The translations under genes were made by a program, and so were the position numbers. The notes under the pieces were generated by a model. That model was given only the letters and a program-made list of their open reading frames with translations. It was not told where the DNA came from and did not search any database. Shown here piece by piece: positions 13,600 through 27,745 of a stretch of 64,000 nucleotides of DNA (position 1 is the stretch's first letter; each line of letters starts with the position of its first letter). The stretch comes from Mobula birostris (taxonomy: Eukaryota). The stretch is from assembly GCF_030028105.1 (NCBI RefSeq), contig NC_092397.1, positions 23,756,630-23,820,629 of the forward strand. Direction: 5' to 3'.

Positions 13600-15080
13600 G
13601 TCAGAACCAGAATCAGGTTTATTACCACTGGCGTGTGTCATGAAATTTGTTAATGTAGCAACAGCAGTTCAATGCAGTGCATGATAATATAGAAAGAATA
13701 AATAAATTACAGTATGTGTATGTATGGATATGTTTATTTTGTAGATTGAAAACAGTGCAAAAACAGAAATAACATATATAGAATACATCTAGAGCAGTTT
13801 TGTCTGTTTTAAATTGAGAAATCAAATGTCTTCAAACTCCTTATGAAACTTATCTGCTGTCATGCCTTCTTTTTACTGTAGCTGCATCGATATGTTGGGA
13901 CCAGGTTAGATCCTCGGAGATATTGATATCCAGGAACTTGAAATTGTTCACTCTCTCCACTTCTGATCCCTCTGAGGATTGGTTTGTGTTCCCTCATCTT
14001 ACCTTTCCTTCAATCAGCTCTTTTGTCGCACTGACATTAAGCACAAGGTTGTTGCTGCGACACCACTCAACTAGCTGGTATATCTTGCTCCTGTAAGTCC
14101 TATCCTCTCCATCTGAGATTGTACCAACAATGGTTGTATCCAGCATATTTATGGATGGATTTTGAGCTACGCTTAGTCACACAGTCATGGGTAGAGGGGG
14201 AGTGGAGCAGTCGGCTAAGCACAATCCGAGGTGCACCAGTGTCAGTGTTGATCATCAGCAAGGAGGAGATATTAATTTGAATTTGAATTGACTTTATTTC
14301 TTGTATCCTTCATGTACATGAGGAGTAAAAATTTTTGTTACATCTCCGTCTAAACGTGCAATTTACAATCATAGTAATTTATATTAATTTATAATAAATA
14401 GAACAGCCAGTGTAACATAGAAATACACTCAAATCAGTGTGAGTTAATCAGTCTGATGGCCTGGTGGAAGAAGCTGTCCCGGAGCCTGTGTGTCCTGGCT
14501 TTTATGCTGCGGTCCTGTTTCCCGGATGGTTGCAGCTGGAATAGATTGTGGTTGGGGTGACTCAGGTCCCCAGTGATCCTTCAGGCCCTTTTCTCTCACC
14601 TTTTGTTGTAAGTGTCCTCAGTCATGGGAAGTTCACAACTACAGATGCACTGGGCTGTCTGCACCACTCTCTGTAGAGTCCTGCCATTAACGGAGATGCA
14701 GTTCCCATACCAGGCAGTGATGCAGCCATTCAGGATGTTCTCAATTTTGCCCCTGTAGAAAGTTGTAAGGATTTGGGGGCTCCTAGCAAACTTCCTCACC
14801 CGTCTGAGGTGAAAGCGACGCTGTTGTGCCTTTTTCACCACTCAGCTGGTGTGTGCGGACTGCGTGAGATCCTCGGGTATGCTGATGCTGAGGAACTTAA
14901 AGCTGTTTTCTGTCTGAACCCCAGATCCATTGATGTCAATAGGGGTTAGCCCATCTCCATTAATCCGCACAGATTGTGGTCTCCCGGTTAGGAAGTCAAG
15001 GATCGAGTTGCAGAGAGACCAGGTTCTGCAGCTTATTAATCAGGACTGTGGGATTGATGATATTAAACACTGAGCTATAG
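13600..15080 (-). mobile_element. Nested Rex1/Babar-like LINE fragments
   Basis: VKKAQQRRFHLRRVRKF...LTTFYRGKIENILNGCITAWYGNC (14596..14841); short-repeat 3' tails near 13600 and 14280. Confidence 0.7.
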
Positions 15081-18000
15081 TCAATGAACAACACCCTGAC
15101 ACAGGCTGTGCAGATTCACTACCCTTTGGTATGGAAGTTTTACCTGATCTTTGTTCACAGGATGTCCTAGTATTCTGAGACTGTGCCCTGTGATCCCAGA
15201 CTGCCCCGCTATCGGAAACATCCTCCCCACTCCGTTGTAGGTCTTTCTATTTTTGATAAGTTTCAATGAGATTCCCTCATTCTTCTAAAGTCTAGCAAGT
15301 ACAGGCCGAGAGCCAGCAAACAATCCTCGTGCATTAACCCTTTTATTGCCAGGATCATTCTTGTGAACCTCCTCTGGACCCTCTCCTATGTGAACACGTA
15401 CCTTTTTAGAGAAGGGGCCCAAAACAGTTCACAATACCAAGTGTGATCGGACCAATGCCTTATAAACTCTGAGCATTACATCCTTGCTTTTGTGTTGTAG
15501 TCTTCTTGAAATGAATGCTGACGTTGCATTTGATTTCCTTACCACCAAATCAACTGGCAAGTTTATCATTAGGAAATCCTGCACATCGGAGACATGCCTG
15601 ACCCCAGTACCCGGGAGGGGACACCCCACCGTGGCATCTCTCTTGCTGCCACATAATCTCCTGCACATCCCCTGTACTGTGAGTCTGTTGTCATCACTGC
15701 TGTGATTGACCTTTCCTCCCGTGGAGCATCGGACCGGGGTGTCAGTATCACTGACATGACGGGCTGCTGTTCTCTGGTTTGTCATCCTCCCAGGGGTATC
15801 CAAAGGAGTGTACTTGTTGCTGAGGGTCACAGCCACGGAGACATTGCACTGTCTGTCTCTTCCCCTTTCCAGTCGTGGTAGTCACCAAACTACTTGCAGC
15901 CTGACCTCAGGTTTGACCAACCCACTGAATCTCTGGTCTCAGCATCCTGGAAACTCTGGGTCTGTCCATCTCCAGCACCATTCCCACTTCTAGTGGTCAC
16001 CCTCATGCATTAATCCTTTTATTGCCAGGATCATTTGTGGCACCTTGTCAAAGAAAGCCTTTTGAAAGTCCAAATATATGACATCAGTGCATCCCCTTTA
16101 TCCATCCTGCATGTAATCTCCTCAAAGTATTCCAACAGGTTCATCAGGCAAGACTTTCCCTTAAGGAAACCGTGCTGACTTTGTCCTTTCTTGTCCTGTG
16201 TTTCCAATACTCCTTAACAATTCACTCCGGTATCTTCCCAACCACTGAGGTCAGTCTAACTGGTCTATATTTCCCTTTCTGCTGCCTTGCTTTGTTATAT
16301 GCCTTCCCTTTTGGTTTTACATTAGCTTTGATTTCCTTGTCAGCCGCGGTTGTACTATTTTGCCATTTGAGTATTTATTTGTTTTTGGAATATATTCATC
16401 CTGCACCTCCCTCATTCTCCCCAGAAACTGTTACTTCTCTGCTGCCATCCCTGCCAGCATCTCCTTCCAATTTATTTTAGCCAACTCTTCTCTCAAACCA
16501 CTGTAACTGCCTTTACTCCACTGAAACACTGCTGAGTCAGACTGTACTTTCTCCCTGTCCAATTTCAAGCTGAACTCAATGATACTGAGATCACTGCCTC
16601 CTAAGGGTTCTTTTACCTTCAGCTCCCTAATCACTTGCAGTTTATTCAATAACACACAATCCAGTATAGCTGTTCCCCTAGTAGCCCAATGACAAACTGC
16701 TCGAAAAAGCCATCTGTTCAGCATTCAGCAAACTCACTCTCTTCAGATCTATTTCCAACCTGATTTTCCCAATCGACCTGCATGTTAAAATCTCCCATGA
16801 CTCTGATGAAATCTCCCCTTCCACAACATTGCCCTTTTGACCTGCCTTTTCTATTTCCTGTTGTAATCTGTGGTCCACATACCAGCAACTGTTGGGAGGC
16901 CTGTAAACAACTACCATCAACGTCCTTTTTACACTTGCAGTTTTTAAATTCAACTCACAATGATTCAACATCTTCCGATCCTGTGTCACATCTTTCTACT
17001 GATTTGTTACCATTCTTTACCAGCAGAGCCATGCCATCTCCATTGTCTACCTTCCTATCCCTCTGATACGTGTAACCTGGGGCATTTAGCTCCGAACTAG
17101 AAACATCCTTCAGCCATGATTTAGTGATGGTCACAACATTAAACATGACAATCCGTAATAGGGCAATAAGATTATCCACCTTATTTCTTACACTCCGTGT
17201 ATTGAGATATAACAGTTTGAGTTCTGCATTTGCTACCCTTATTGATTCTGCATTCCTCATGCATTGATACTCACCCTGCTGGCTGCAGTTATGTCCTATC
17301 ATCTGCCTGCCCTTCCTGACAGTGTGACTGCATGCGATCTTTGCTTTCTTTACCATCTGTCCTATCCTGCATCCTTTCACACCAGTTCCCATGCTCCTGC
17401 CAAATTAATTTAAACCCTCCCCAACCGCTCTAACAAACCAGCAGTATGCCCACAAGAAAACTAATCTCAGGGTTGTATATGGTGACAGAAATGTATTTTG
17501 ATAATACATTTACTTTCAGCTTTGAACTTTGTAGTAGAGAGCCGGGTGTTGTACTGGTCTGTGTCCTCACTGGCCGGTGTTGTGCTCTGGCAGCTCAGTG
17601 TACTTGGTATATAGTGTCAGTGTTTCGACAGAAGTGTGTCCTTATTACACAATTGATCTTGTCCATCCTGGAGTTTGGTAGATTCACTGGTGACCAGAGT
17701 GATTTTTTTCAGACTATTATTGGGCGGAGAATCATTCTGTGATCGTCGAGACTATTTGACTCATCAAATTTATACCAACTCCTGCTACAACATTTCCACA
17801 ATCCCATTCCCCACTGTACCCACAGCTGTGCAGGTCATTTCCCCTGAAGGACTTGTCTAATTCCTCTCAGAACACTGGTTGTTCCTGCCACCACTCTGCT
17901 GAGTCCCATATTTCCCAAGGTGAAGTCAAGAATGTCCCTCTCCCTGGTGGATGACATATTGTTTCAGGAAACCTTCCTGAACACAAATAATGCTCCATCC

Positions 18001-21000
18001 AAGCCTCAGGGTGCAAGGGAGTCCCAGTTACTCTGGGGAGGTTATTCACTCACCAAATCTACTCTGTAGTTTTTACATCAGTCCATAACCTGCCGACATA
18101 TCTGTTCCTCTCTTACTGGCTGTTGTGAGGCTTCCAGTATAATCCTAGCACGGGGATTGCTCCTTTCTTATTCCTGAACTCTACCCACATTGTCTGACTG
18201 GAGGAGCCTCCAGGGTGACCTCGACCTTGTGACATTCTGCCTGATCAGCCGTACAGGTCCCCAACCTCATTCACCTCCCTCTGGACTGTCTGAATCATCT
18301 GAATCCTGGAATGTTTCACTACCAGTCTTGCCCTTCTCTCAGCTGGATCTCTGTAAACACAAAATACTCTGCGGATGCTGGGGTCAAAACGAAAAGTCAC
18401 CGTTTTGGGCCGGAACTGTAATACCTTTTTTATTTATTTCCTCGCTAGCAGGTGGCACTGGGATTATCCCCACCCCCACCACAGAGTTTCTACTTAACTT
18501 TTCCTCAACTCCTTAAGTTCTTTTTGCAGGACTTTGTCTCTTTTGTTAGAGCCAATATGGACCACGACCTCTGGCTGCTCACCCTGCCCTTTCAGAATGG
18601 CCTGTACTTTTTCAGTTCCATCCTCGACCCTGGTACCAGGGAGGTAATGCACCATCCTGCAGTCTGTCTCCTTACGTCAGATACACCTGTCTGTGACCCC
18701 GGCTAAAGACTCCCCTGTCACTGAGGCTCACCGAGAACACAGAACAGTACAGCACAGGAACAGACCCTTCTTCCCATGATGTCTGTGCTGAACACGATGC
18801 CAAATGAAACTAAATCTCTTCTGCCTGCTTATAATTCATGTGCTTAAATTCTCTGAATATTCATGGACTTGTCTAAAACCCTGTTAAATGTCATTATCGT
18901 ATCTGCTTCCACCACTCCCCAAGGCAGCCCATACCCGGCCCTCACCACTCTCTGTACAAAAACAGAAATCTTACCTGCCCTAACGTCCACCTTTAAATTT
19001 TCACCCTGGCATTTTAAAGCTGCACCTTCTCATATTTGATATTTCTACCCTGGCAAAATGATTCTGCCTGTTTACCTTGTCTACACCTCTCATAGTTTTA
19101 TAAACTTCTGTTAGGTCTCCCCTCAGTCTCCTTCACTCCAGGGAAGACAGTCCCAGTCGGTCTGATCTTTCCTTGTAACTCAAGCCCCGCAGTCCAGGTA
19201 ACATTCCTGTGAATTGTTTCTGCACCTTTCCAGCTTAATCACATCCTTCCTCTCATGTGACCAGAACTGCACAGGGTACTCCTGGTGTGGTGTCATTATT
19301 GATATGTACAACTGTAATGTGATGTCCCAACTCCTCTCAGAGCCTTTGCCGATGAAGACAAGCATGTCGTGTTCCTTCTTCACCACCGTGTCTACCTGTG
19401 TTGGCACTTTCAGGGAATTATGCATCTGTGCCCCAGGTTTCTCTTTCATCAACACTCCTCAGGACCCTCCATTCACTCGGTATGTCCTGACCTGCTTTAA
19501 CTTCCCAAAATCCATCACTGTGCACTTGTCTGTCACGGTAACAACACTTCTCTGTTTCTCTGCACCAACAACCCATCAGTAAATGTCAATGAACCATTCA
19601 CCTCTGAACCTTGGTCATATATGGTTTTATGAACCACTCACTGCTCCCGTCTCTATTTTGTTGTGTAGTTCAGCACCTTGACCCCTCTCTATTTCTCTCG
19701 TTTACAATTTATCTCCACATAAATCACAGTCTGACTTTTGATTCCTCCTACCATTCTACATGCCATCACACTTCACCACATTAAACTCCATTTACCAAGT
19801 ATTCTACTCACCAGCTTCTTCTTATCCTGTTGGAGAGATGAAATGTCCAATCACATCATGTCCCCCACCACATTCCCTGTCATTGACCTCCCTCCTCTGG
19901 GTCATTAATATCAATAATAAATCATTGTCGATCCAGAACAGTTCACTGGGAAACTCCACTAGTAATATCATCCCAGTCTGAAACAGACCTGTTATTCTGT
20001 CTCAGTATGGTAACCAGTCTTCAGTCAGTATTAACACACTTCCTTCCCAGTACTGAGCTCTGGTCTTGTGCACCAGCCTTACATGTGGCACCTTGGCAAA
20101 TGGCTCCTGAAAATCCAAGAACACCACTTCTCCAACTTCCCCTGTAAAGTCTCAAATCTCTGGTATGTTTGTCAAACATGACTTAACATTCAGCAACCCA
20201 GGTTACAGGGTCTAAGACCAGGTTCCAGATGGACAGGGTGGTGAAGAGGCTTTTGGAACACTGGCCTTCAGTCAGGGCACCGAATATAGAAGCTGGGATG
20301 AAATGTTGCAGTTGTCCAACACGTTGGTTTGGCCGCATTTCTCAAATAGTGTTTAGTTTTAGTGACCCTGCTGTCTGACAGACACCATTAAGCTGGGAAG
20401 AGAGCAGAGGAGGTTTACGAGGATGTTGCTGGATCTTGAAGGACTGATTTGTGGAAAGCGTTTTGGTCAATTTTCCCTGGAATGTTGGAGAATGAGTAAT
20501 GATATTGCAGAGGTGTAAAAAATAATAAGGGGCCTGAGTTGGGTCAAAGATAACAATCATTTTGCCAGTGTTGGGGAATCAAGAACTGGAGGGCATTGGT
20601 TTAAGATGAGATTTAATAGGAACCTGAAGGGCAACTTTTCCAGTTGGTGGTGGTGAGGGGGTTACAGACCACGAGCTCAGATAGAAACTTTGGTCATCGT
20701 GGACAATTTGAGCTGAAGGTCTTGTTTCTGTGCTGTGTGAATCTGACTGTAAACCCTGTTGACTTAGTTCAATGACATTAAACTTTTCGAAATGATTTGC
20801 TATTTCTTGATAGATTATCGACTCCAGTACCTGAAGTGAAGTTAACAGGACTACAGTTACCTTCCACCATTCTTCAACAATGGTTTTCAACTAACTGGGA
20901 CCTTTCTGTAACAGTGAGTTTTGACAGACTTCAATGTCTCTCCTTTCTCTCCAGACTTTAGTGCAGGTCGTTGGGACCTGGTAATGTTTGCTTTTAGTCC

Positions 21001-21108
21001 CATTAGTTTCTCCCTGGAGACGGCGGTTGTTACACATTATGGCACAATATTGAAATGTCACCATCAGATATCTGTGGGATGTTTTCTGTGTCCCCACTGT
21101 GAACACTA
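15080..21108. mobile_element. Mosaic of old CR1 LINE fragments in both orientations
   Basis: APE and RT remnants (VVYRPPNS, LLYLNTRSVRNKVD, KDVIKLER) with many stops. Confidence 0.75.
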
Positions 21109-21109
21109 A

Positions 21110-22700
21110 CTCCTTGTCGGTCTGATGGTCTGATGTTCAGTGCAGACTGGCAATCCTGCGACACCGCTGGTGCTTGACTCCATCGGTCTCCGCTGTTGCT
21201 CTGGAATCATCAGCTCCTGCATGGGCGACTGCTTGCTTCACGTATCGTACGTCCCCGACTTGCTTTACGTTTCGTACGTCCCCGACTTGCTTTACGTTTC
21301 GTACGTCCCCGACTTGCTTTACGTTTCGTACGTCCCCGACTTGCTTTACGTATCGTACGTCCCCGACTTGCTTTACGTCTCGTACGTCCCCGACTTGCTT
21401 TACGTCTCGTACGTCCCCGACTTGCTTTACGTCTCGTACGTCCCCGACTTGCTTTACGTCTCGTACGTCCCCGACTTGCTTTACGTTTCGTACGTCCCCG
21501 ACTTGCTTTACGTATCGTACGTCCCCGACTTGCTTTACGTTTCGTACGTCCCCGACTTGCTTTACGTTTCGTACGTCCCCGACTTGCTTTACGTATCGTA
21601 CGTCCCCGACTTGCTTTACGTCTCGTACGTCCCCGACTTGCTTTACGTCTCGTACGTCCCCGACTTGCTTTACGTCTCGTACGTCCCCGACTTGCTTTAC
21701 GTCTCGTACGTCCCCGACTTGCTTTACGTTTCGTACGTCCCCGACTTGCTTTACGTATCGTACGTCCCCGACTTGCTTTACGTTTCGTACGTCCCCGACT
21801 TGCTTTACGTTTCGTACGTCCCCGACTTGCTTTACGTATCGTACGTCCCCGACTTGCTTTACGTATCGTACGTCCCCGACTTGCTTTACGTTTCGTACGT
21901 CCCCGACTTGCTTTACGTTTCGTACGTCCCCGACTTGCTTTACGTTTCGTACGTCCCCGACTTGCTTTACGTATCGTACGTCCCCGACTTGCTTTACGTT
22001 TCGTACGTCCCCGACTTGCTTTACGTTTCGTACGTCCCCGACTTGCTTTACGTTTCGTACGTCCCCGACTTGCTTTACGTATCGTACGTCCCCGACTTGC
22101 TTTACGTTTCGTACGTCCCCGACTTGCTTTACGTATCGTACGTCCCCGACTTGCTTTACGTATCGTACGTCCCCGACTTGCTTTACGTTTCGCACGTCCC
22201 CGACTTGCTTTACGTTTCGCACGTCCCCGACTTGCTTTACGTTTCGTACGTCGCCGACTTGCTTTACGTTTCGTACGTCCCCGACTTGCTTTACGTATCG
22301 TACGTCCCCGACTTGCTTTACGTATCGTACGTCCCCGACTTGCTTTACGTTTCGTACGTCCCTGACTTGCTTTACGTTTCGTACGTCCCTGACTTGCTTC
22401 ACGTTTCGTACGTCCCCGACTTGCTTCACGTTTCGTACGTCCCCGACTTGCTTTACGTATCGTACGTCCCCGACTTGCTTTACGTATCGTACGTCCCCGA
22501 CTTGCTTTACGTATCGTACGTCCCCGACTTGCTTTACGTATCGTACGTCCCCGACTTGCTTTACGTCTCGTACGTCCCCGACTTGCTTTACGTCTCGTAC
22601 GTCCCCGACTTGCTTTACGTCTCGTACGTCCCCGACTTGCATATCGACTTCCACAGCTAGGGCGCAATATCCATGGTCGACCCTGACCAGCGGAGAGCCA
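21110..22700 (+). mobile_element. GC-rich host element of the minisatellite, possibly an RTE-clade LINE 5' region
   Basis: Flanks 21110-21235 and 22640-22700 read as one continuous GC-rich sequence absent from the sister arm; RTE assignment is from recall only. Confidence 0.35.
21230..22640. repeat. 27-bp CpG-rich minisatellite, ~52 units (tcgtacgtccccgacttgctttacgtN, N=a/t/c)
   Basis: Read directly; 52 periods counted in ORF 21174..22760; no unique spacers. Confidence 0.98.
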
Positions 22701-22709
22701 TCACCAACA

Positions 22710-23075
22710 TGTTTGCATGTGGCCTCCGCTACTGCTACGACGAAGCCAAGTACAGGTTAGCTGAACAACATCTCATATTCTGACTGTGCAGCCTCCAATC
22801 TTGATAGAATGAACATTGATTTCTACCAATTCCGGATATCACTACACTCTGTTTCCCTCACCCCCACTTCTTTTCCCCCATTCTGATACCATTTAACCCC
22901 TTCACCTCTCTTCACACACCCTCATGACCTGCCCATCAACTCTGTCTGGTTCTCCACCTCCTTCGTGTCATCCCATGGTCCAAAGTTCTCTCCTATTGGA
23001 TTCCTTTCTCTTCATCGCTTTGCCTTTTCTGCCTGTCACCCAGCTCCTCAGATCATCATCCCTCCACAAACCACA
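22710..23075 (+). mobile_element. Penelope-like element 3' fragment (GIY-YIG C-terminus and pyrimidine-rich tail)
   Basis: gaagccaagtacaggttagctgaacaacatctcatattc...atgaacattgatttc translates to EAKYRLAEQHLIF...MNIDF. Confidence 0.65.
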
Positions 23076-23084
23076 CGTTCCCTA

Positions 23085-23450
23085 AGGATGAGCTGTACCT
23101 AATGCAATCTGCAAGAGAACTGAGACTTCGTAAAAGATTTGTTTTCCAGCAAGACAATGACTGCGAGATTAAAACCAAAGCTGCACAGGAATGCCTTAAG
23201 ACAACACAGTTCATGTCCTGGTGTGGCCAAGTCAGAGTCCAGACCTCAGTCTGTGGCTGGACTTGAAAAGGGCTGTGCACTCATAAACTTTGTGCATTCT
23301 GACAGACCTTGAGCAGTTTTGTAAGGAAGAATGGGAAAAATTGCAGTGTCCAGATGTGCAAAGCTGATAGTGACCTATCCACATAGACTCATGGTTGTAA
23401 TTGCTACCAACGGTCCATTGACTAAATACTGACTTGAAGGAGGTGAATAC
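23085..23450 (+). mobile_element. Tc1 transposase 3' remnant (sister of 56.1-57.6 kb element)
   Basis: ttccagcaagacaatgac (FQQDND) and following sequence mirror ~56270-56630. Confidence 0.75.
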
Positions 23451-24059
23451 ACCTACCTGCACAGGGTCCATTCCCTGTACGTTATATTACATGACACCCT
23501 TACTCTTATGCTTAACACCCTGACCAGTGGAAACCAGCATTCTGCACACCTTATCCCGTTGTGTAGCCACATTCAGTGAACTATGTGCCTGGATCCCAAG
23601 ATCACTCTTTACACCAATGCTGTGAAGGGGTCAGACATTAACATTATACTTTCTTCTTTCATTTGACCTCCCAAACTGCAACGCCACATTCCCTCCCAGA
23701 TTAAATTCCTTCTGCAGCTACTCTGCATATCTGTTTGTGATCTGTATCCCACTGTGTGCATTGATCAATATCTACACTGTCCACAATTCCACCTATCTTG
23801 CTGTCACCTGTAGACTTGTAAACCGCCCATCAACATTTTCATCCAAACATCGATATATATCAGAAACAACATAATTCCCAGCATCAATCCTTGTGGATCA
23901 CCACTGCTCACAGACTTCCAGCCCTACTTAGCCTTCTATGAGAAAGCCATTTCTGAATTGAAATTGCAATTTATATTGAATCCCACTGCTCTTTTTCAAA
24001 TGCCGTACTGAGGTTTATGTGGATCATGTCCACAGCCTTGCCCTCATCAAGCACCAAGA

Positions 24060-25005
24060 TGTTGGGTCTCATTCTTTTCACATTATATGTCAATGATTTG
24101 GATGATGGAATTCATGAATTTATTGCAAAATTTTCAGATGATATGAAGAGACAGGTGGAGGTGCAGGTATTTTTGAGGAAATAGGGAAGGACAGACAGAT
24201 GAAGAGAATGGGCAAAGAAGTGGCAGATGGAATACAGAATTGGGAAGTGTATGGTCATGCACTTTGGTTGAAGAAATAGTAGGGTTGATTATTTTCTAAA
24301 TGGAGAGAAGATACAAAAAATTGAGGTACAAAGGGATTTGGGAGTCATTGTGCAGGATTCTCTAAAGGCTAATTTGCAGGTTGGGTCTCTGCTGAGAAAG
24401 GCAACTGTGATGTTAGCATTCATTTCAAGAGGACTGGAATATAAAAACAAGACTGTAATGTTGAGACTTTATGAAGTACTGGCAAAGTCTCACTTGGAGT
24501 ATTGGGAGCAGTTTTGGGCCCTGTATGGAAGGGTGAGCTGAAACTGGATGGGTTTCAAACGAGATTCTCTGAAATGATTCCAGGATCAAACAGCTTGTCA
24601 TATGAAGAACATTTCATGGCTCTGGGCCTTTTATTCACTGGAATTGAGAACAATGAGGGATGACTAATTGAAACCTATCACTGTGATAAAGTTGATGTGG
24701 AGAGGATGGGAGTGTAAGACCAGAGGACACAGCCGCAGAATAGAGGAGCATCCTTTTAGAATGGAGATGAGGAGGAATTTCTTTGGAGAGAGTGGTGAAT
24801 CTGTGGAATTCGTTGTCACAGGCAGCAGCTGTGGAGGCCAAGGTATATTTAAGGTAGAGATCGATAGATTCTTGATTGGTCAGAGCATGAAGGGACACAT
24901 GGAGAAGGCAGGAGATTGGGGCTGAGAGGAAAAATGGATCAGCCACAATGAAATGTCAGAGCAGACTCGATGGGCCAAATGGTCTAATTCTACTCCTATA
25001 CCTTA
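24060..25005 (+). mobile_element. 5'-truncated CR1 LINE
   Basis: YVNDLDDGI...KFSDD...WAKKWQMEY...LAFISRGLEYK...FRMEMRRNFF, followed by a 3' hairpin/tail. Confidence 0.8.
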
Positions 25006-26527
25006 GTCTCTGTCATCACCTCACAAACCTCGAGCAACTTTGTCAAGCATGATCTGCCCACACAAAACCATGCTGATTGTCCCTAAGCAGGCCATGCCTT
25101 TGCAAATGTGCATAAATCCTGTACCTCAATATTTAACTCTGACCTGGTGGTCTTTAAACAACTCCCACATGTGGCTGCTCCCAATCAATGCCCCTTGGCT
25201 TCTGTCTTACTACGTCCTAACTTGCCCTCCTGCAATTTAGTACCTTCTTACAAGATCTAATTTTATTCTTACTCATAACTAAGAAAAATATAAGATCCCA
25301 AAATTTTCACTGAGTCTTGGCTGTCTCCTGGTCTGGTTCATTTCCCAAAACTAATTCCCACATGTTCTCAACTCTGGTTGGGCTCGACATAATGTTTCAA
25401 ACTTTCCTCAGATTCACTGAAGAAATCTTGCGCTTCTTAGTATTGAGCAAATTCCAGTCAATCCTAGGGAAGATAAAGTCCCCCCACTGGTTATTGTGGG
25501 GCCAGTGCAAACATCCCAACAGTGTAACTGCAGATTGCCTCTGTAAATGAACCTTCCAGTTTGCAGTGACATTCCCAGTGGGGTAACCTCTGCATCTTTT
25601 AACCTCCCCTCCCACCCCCACTCACATGTAAAACAATCAAACCCAGGAATGTTGAGCTGCCAGCCCTGTCCGTCCGACAACATAAAACTCCTAATGTTGA
25701 AATAAACTCATTTCAGCCCAGCAATCCCACCATGTTTATTAGCCTGACATTGGCTCTCGTTCTTTTCAGACTGTCTTGTCAGACATACATTCTCCCACTT
25801 GCTACTCTAGTTCAAACTCTGCCAAGTGACACCATCAAACCTCCTGGCGAAAATGTTGGTTCCCGTCCGGTTCAGATGCAAATGGTCTTGTTTGTCCCGG
25901 TCTCCCAGCTGCCTGAACCACCCATGAATCCATGAATCTGAAAACCTCCCTCCTGCATCAGTTCCTCAGCAACATATTAAACTGCATGAAATATCGATTT
26001 CCCACCCCACAGCCACATGCTTTGCATCGTAATACAATCCTGGAAGTCCTGATTTTTGTTAACCTTGTTCCCGAAAATCACTGTGCAGGACCTCATCCCT
26101 GCTCGTTTAAACCCTTCCGTGTAGCATGAAGGCGGCTCCCCGGAAACATATTGGCTCCCCTCCTCCTTGGACCCGCCTCTCGTTTCCCTTGAGACCCAAA
26201 GATCCTTGTACCTGAAGAACCACCCACCTCGCACCAGCTCCTCAGCCACCCCTTTACCTGGGCTTTAGAAGGCGCCAGAAGCGCGGTCTATATATCTGGT
26301 TATGTATCCTGTTCCTGTATGTGACCAGTCTTTCATTTCCCTGACGACCCAGAGGAACAATTGTTCTAATGAATCAACCCTCTCATCACTGGAAGTGACT
26401 GCACCCTCGCCCACCAACTGCTGTGTGTGAGGGCGCTGACACTGGTCATGGGGCCGGGAGGGACAGACCGAGGTCCTCGGGGATTTGTAGAATGGAAAAG
26501 CACTTCCTTTAATTTAAAGCAGGAGAA

Positions 26528-27132
<605 letters not shown>

Positions 27133-27165
27133 AAAACTCCCACTTCCTCCCGAGCACGAAACGAA

Positions 27166-27181
27166 GGCTCTTTTAAGAGCC
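27166..27181 (+). terminator. Histone 3' stem-loop (H4)
   Basis: GGCTCT TTTA AGAGCC followed by ACCCA. Confidence 0.95.
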
Positions 27182-27654
27182 ACCCACCGCCTCACAGACG
27201 GAGCCGTATCCACAGACTTTTAATTATTTTTTATCGATACGTTCAGTTCAGTTGCATTTGAAACAGATTGATCGATTCCGCTTGAAACATACTGCAATTT
27301 TGCCTTTCCAGTCAGTGATTACCGCAAAACCTGCATTAGGATCGATTTTAATCCTCTATCAGTTTCGAACAGAAATCAGTTCACTCGTTTAGAGAACGAT
27401 TCTGCAGTTGTGAATTTAAATCTTAACTGAGGAAATTAGATATTAAATTTATTAAACGAAACTGAATTTGTATAATTCGTCATACAATTAATTGTAAATA
27501 AAATGTAATCAAGCACCGTTGCTGGATGGTCTTCAATTGCCAGGCGATTTTAAATTAATCCGGCGCCAATCACTCTGCATGAATGAAGTCCGACCGCTCG
27601 GCAAATTTTTATTTGTCGTAAATTTTTATTTGCCGCCAGCCTACAGGAAATGAA

Positions 27655-27745
27655 TTAACCAATCGCAGTAAGGAACCTTAATAGACACCTGGTTCAGCCA
27701 ATCAGAGGTGATGGGCAGACCCTTTCCAAAAGTATAAAATCCTGT
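27655..27745 (+). promoter_or_regulatory. Histone H3 promoter
   Basis: CCAAT at 27659 and 27698, TATAAAA at 27733. Confidence 0.85.

Noticed and set aside
21180-21220. Hammerhead in the minisatellite flank (minus strand CTGATGA...GAGAC)
   Set aside because: GAAA core absent and no convincing stems I/III
21230-22640. CRISPR array
   Set aside because: Units are contiguous with no unique spacers, no cas genes are present, and the context is eukaryotic
21137-22760. Five long overlapping ORFs as real CDS
   Set aside because: A 27-bp unit (multiple of 3) lacking stops gives open frames automatically; kept only as hypotheses
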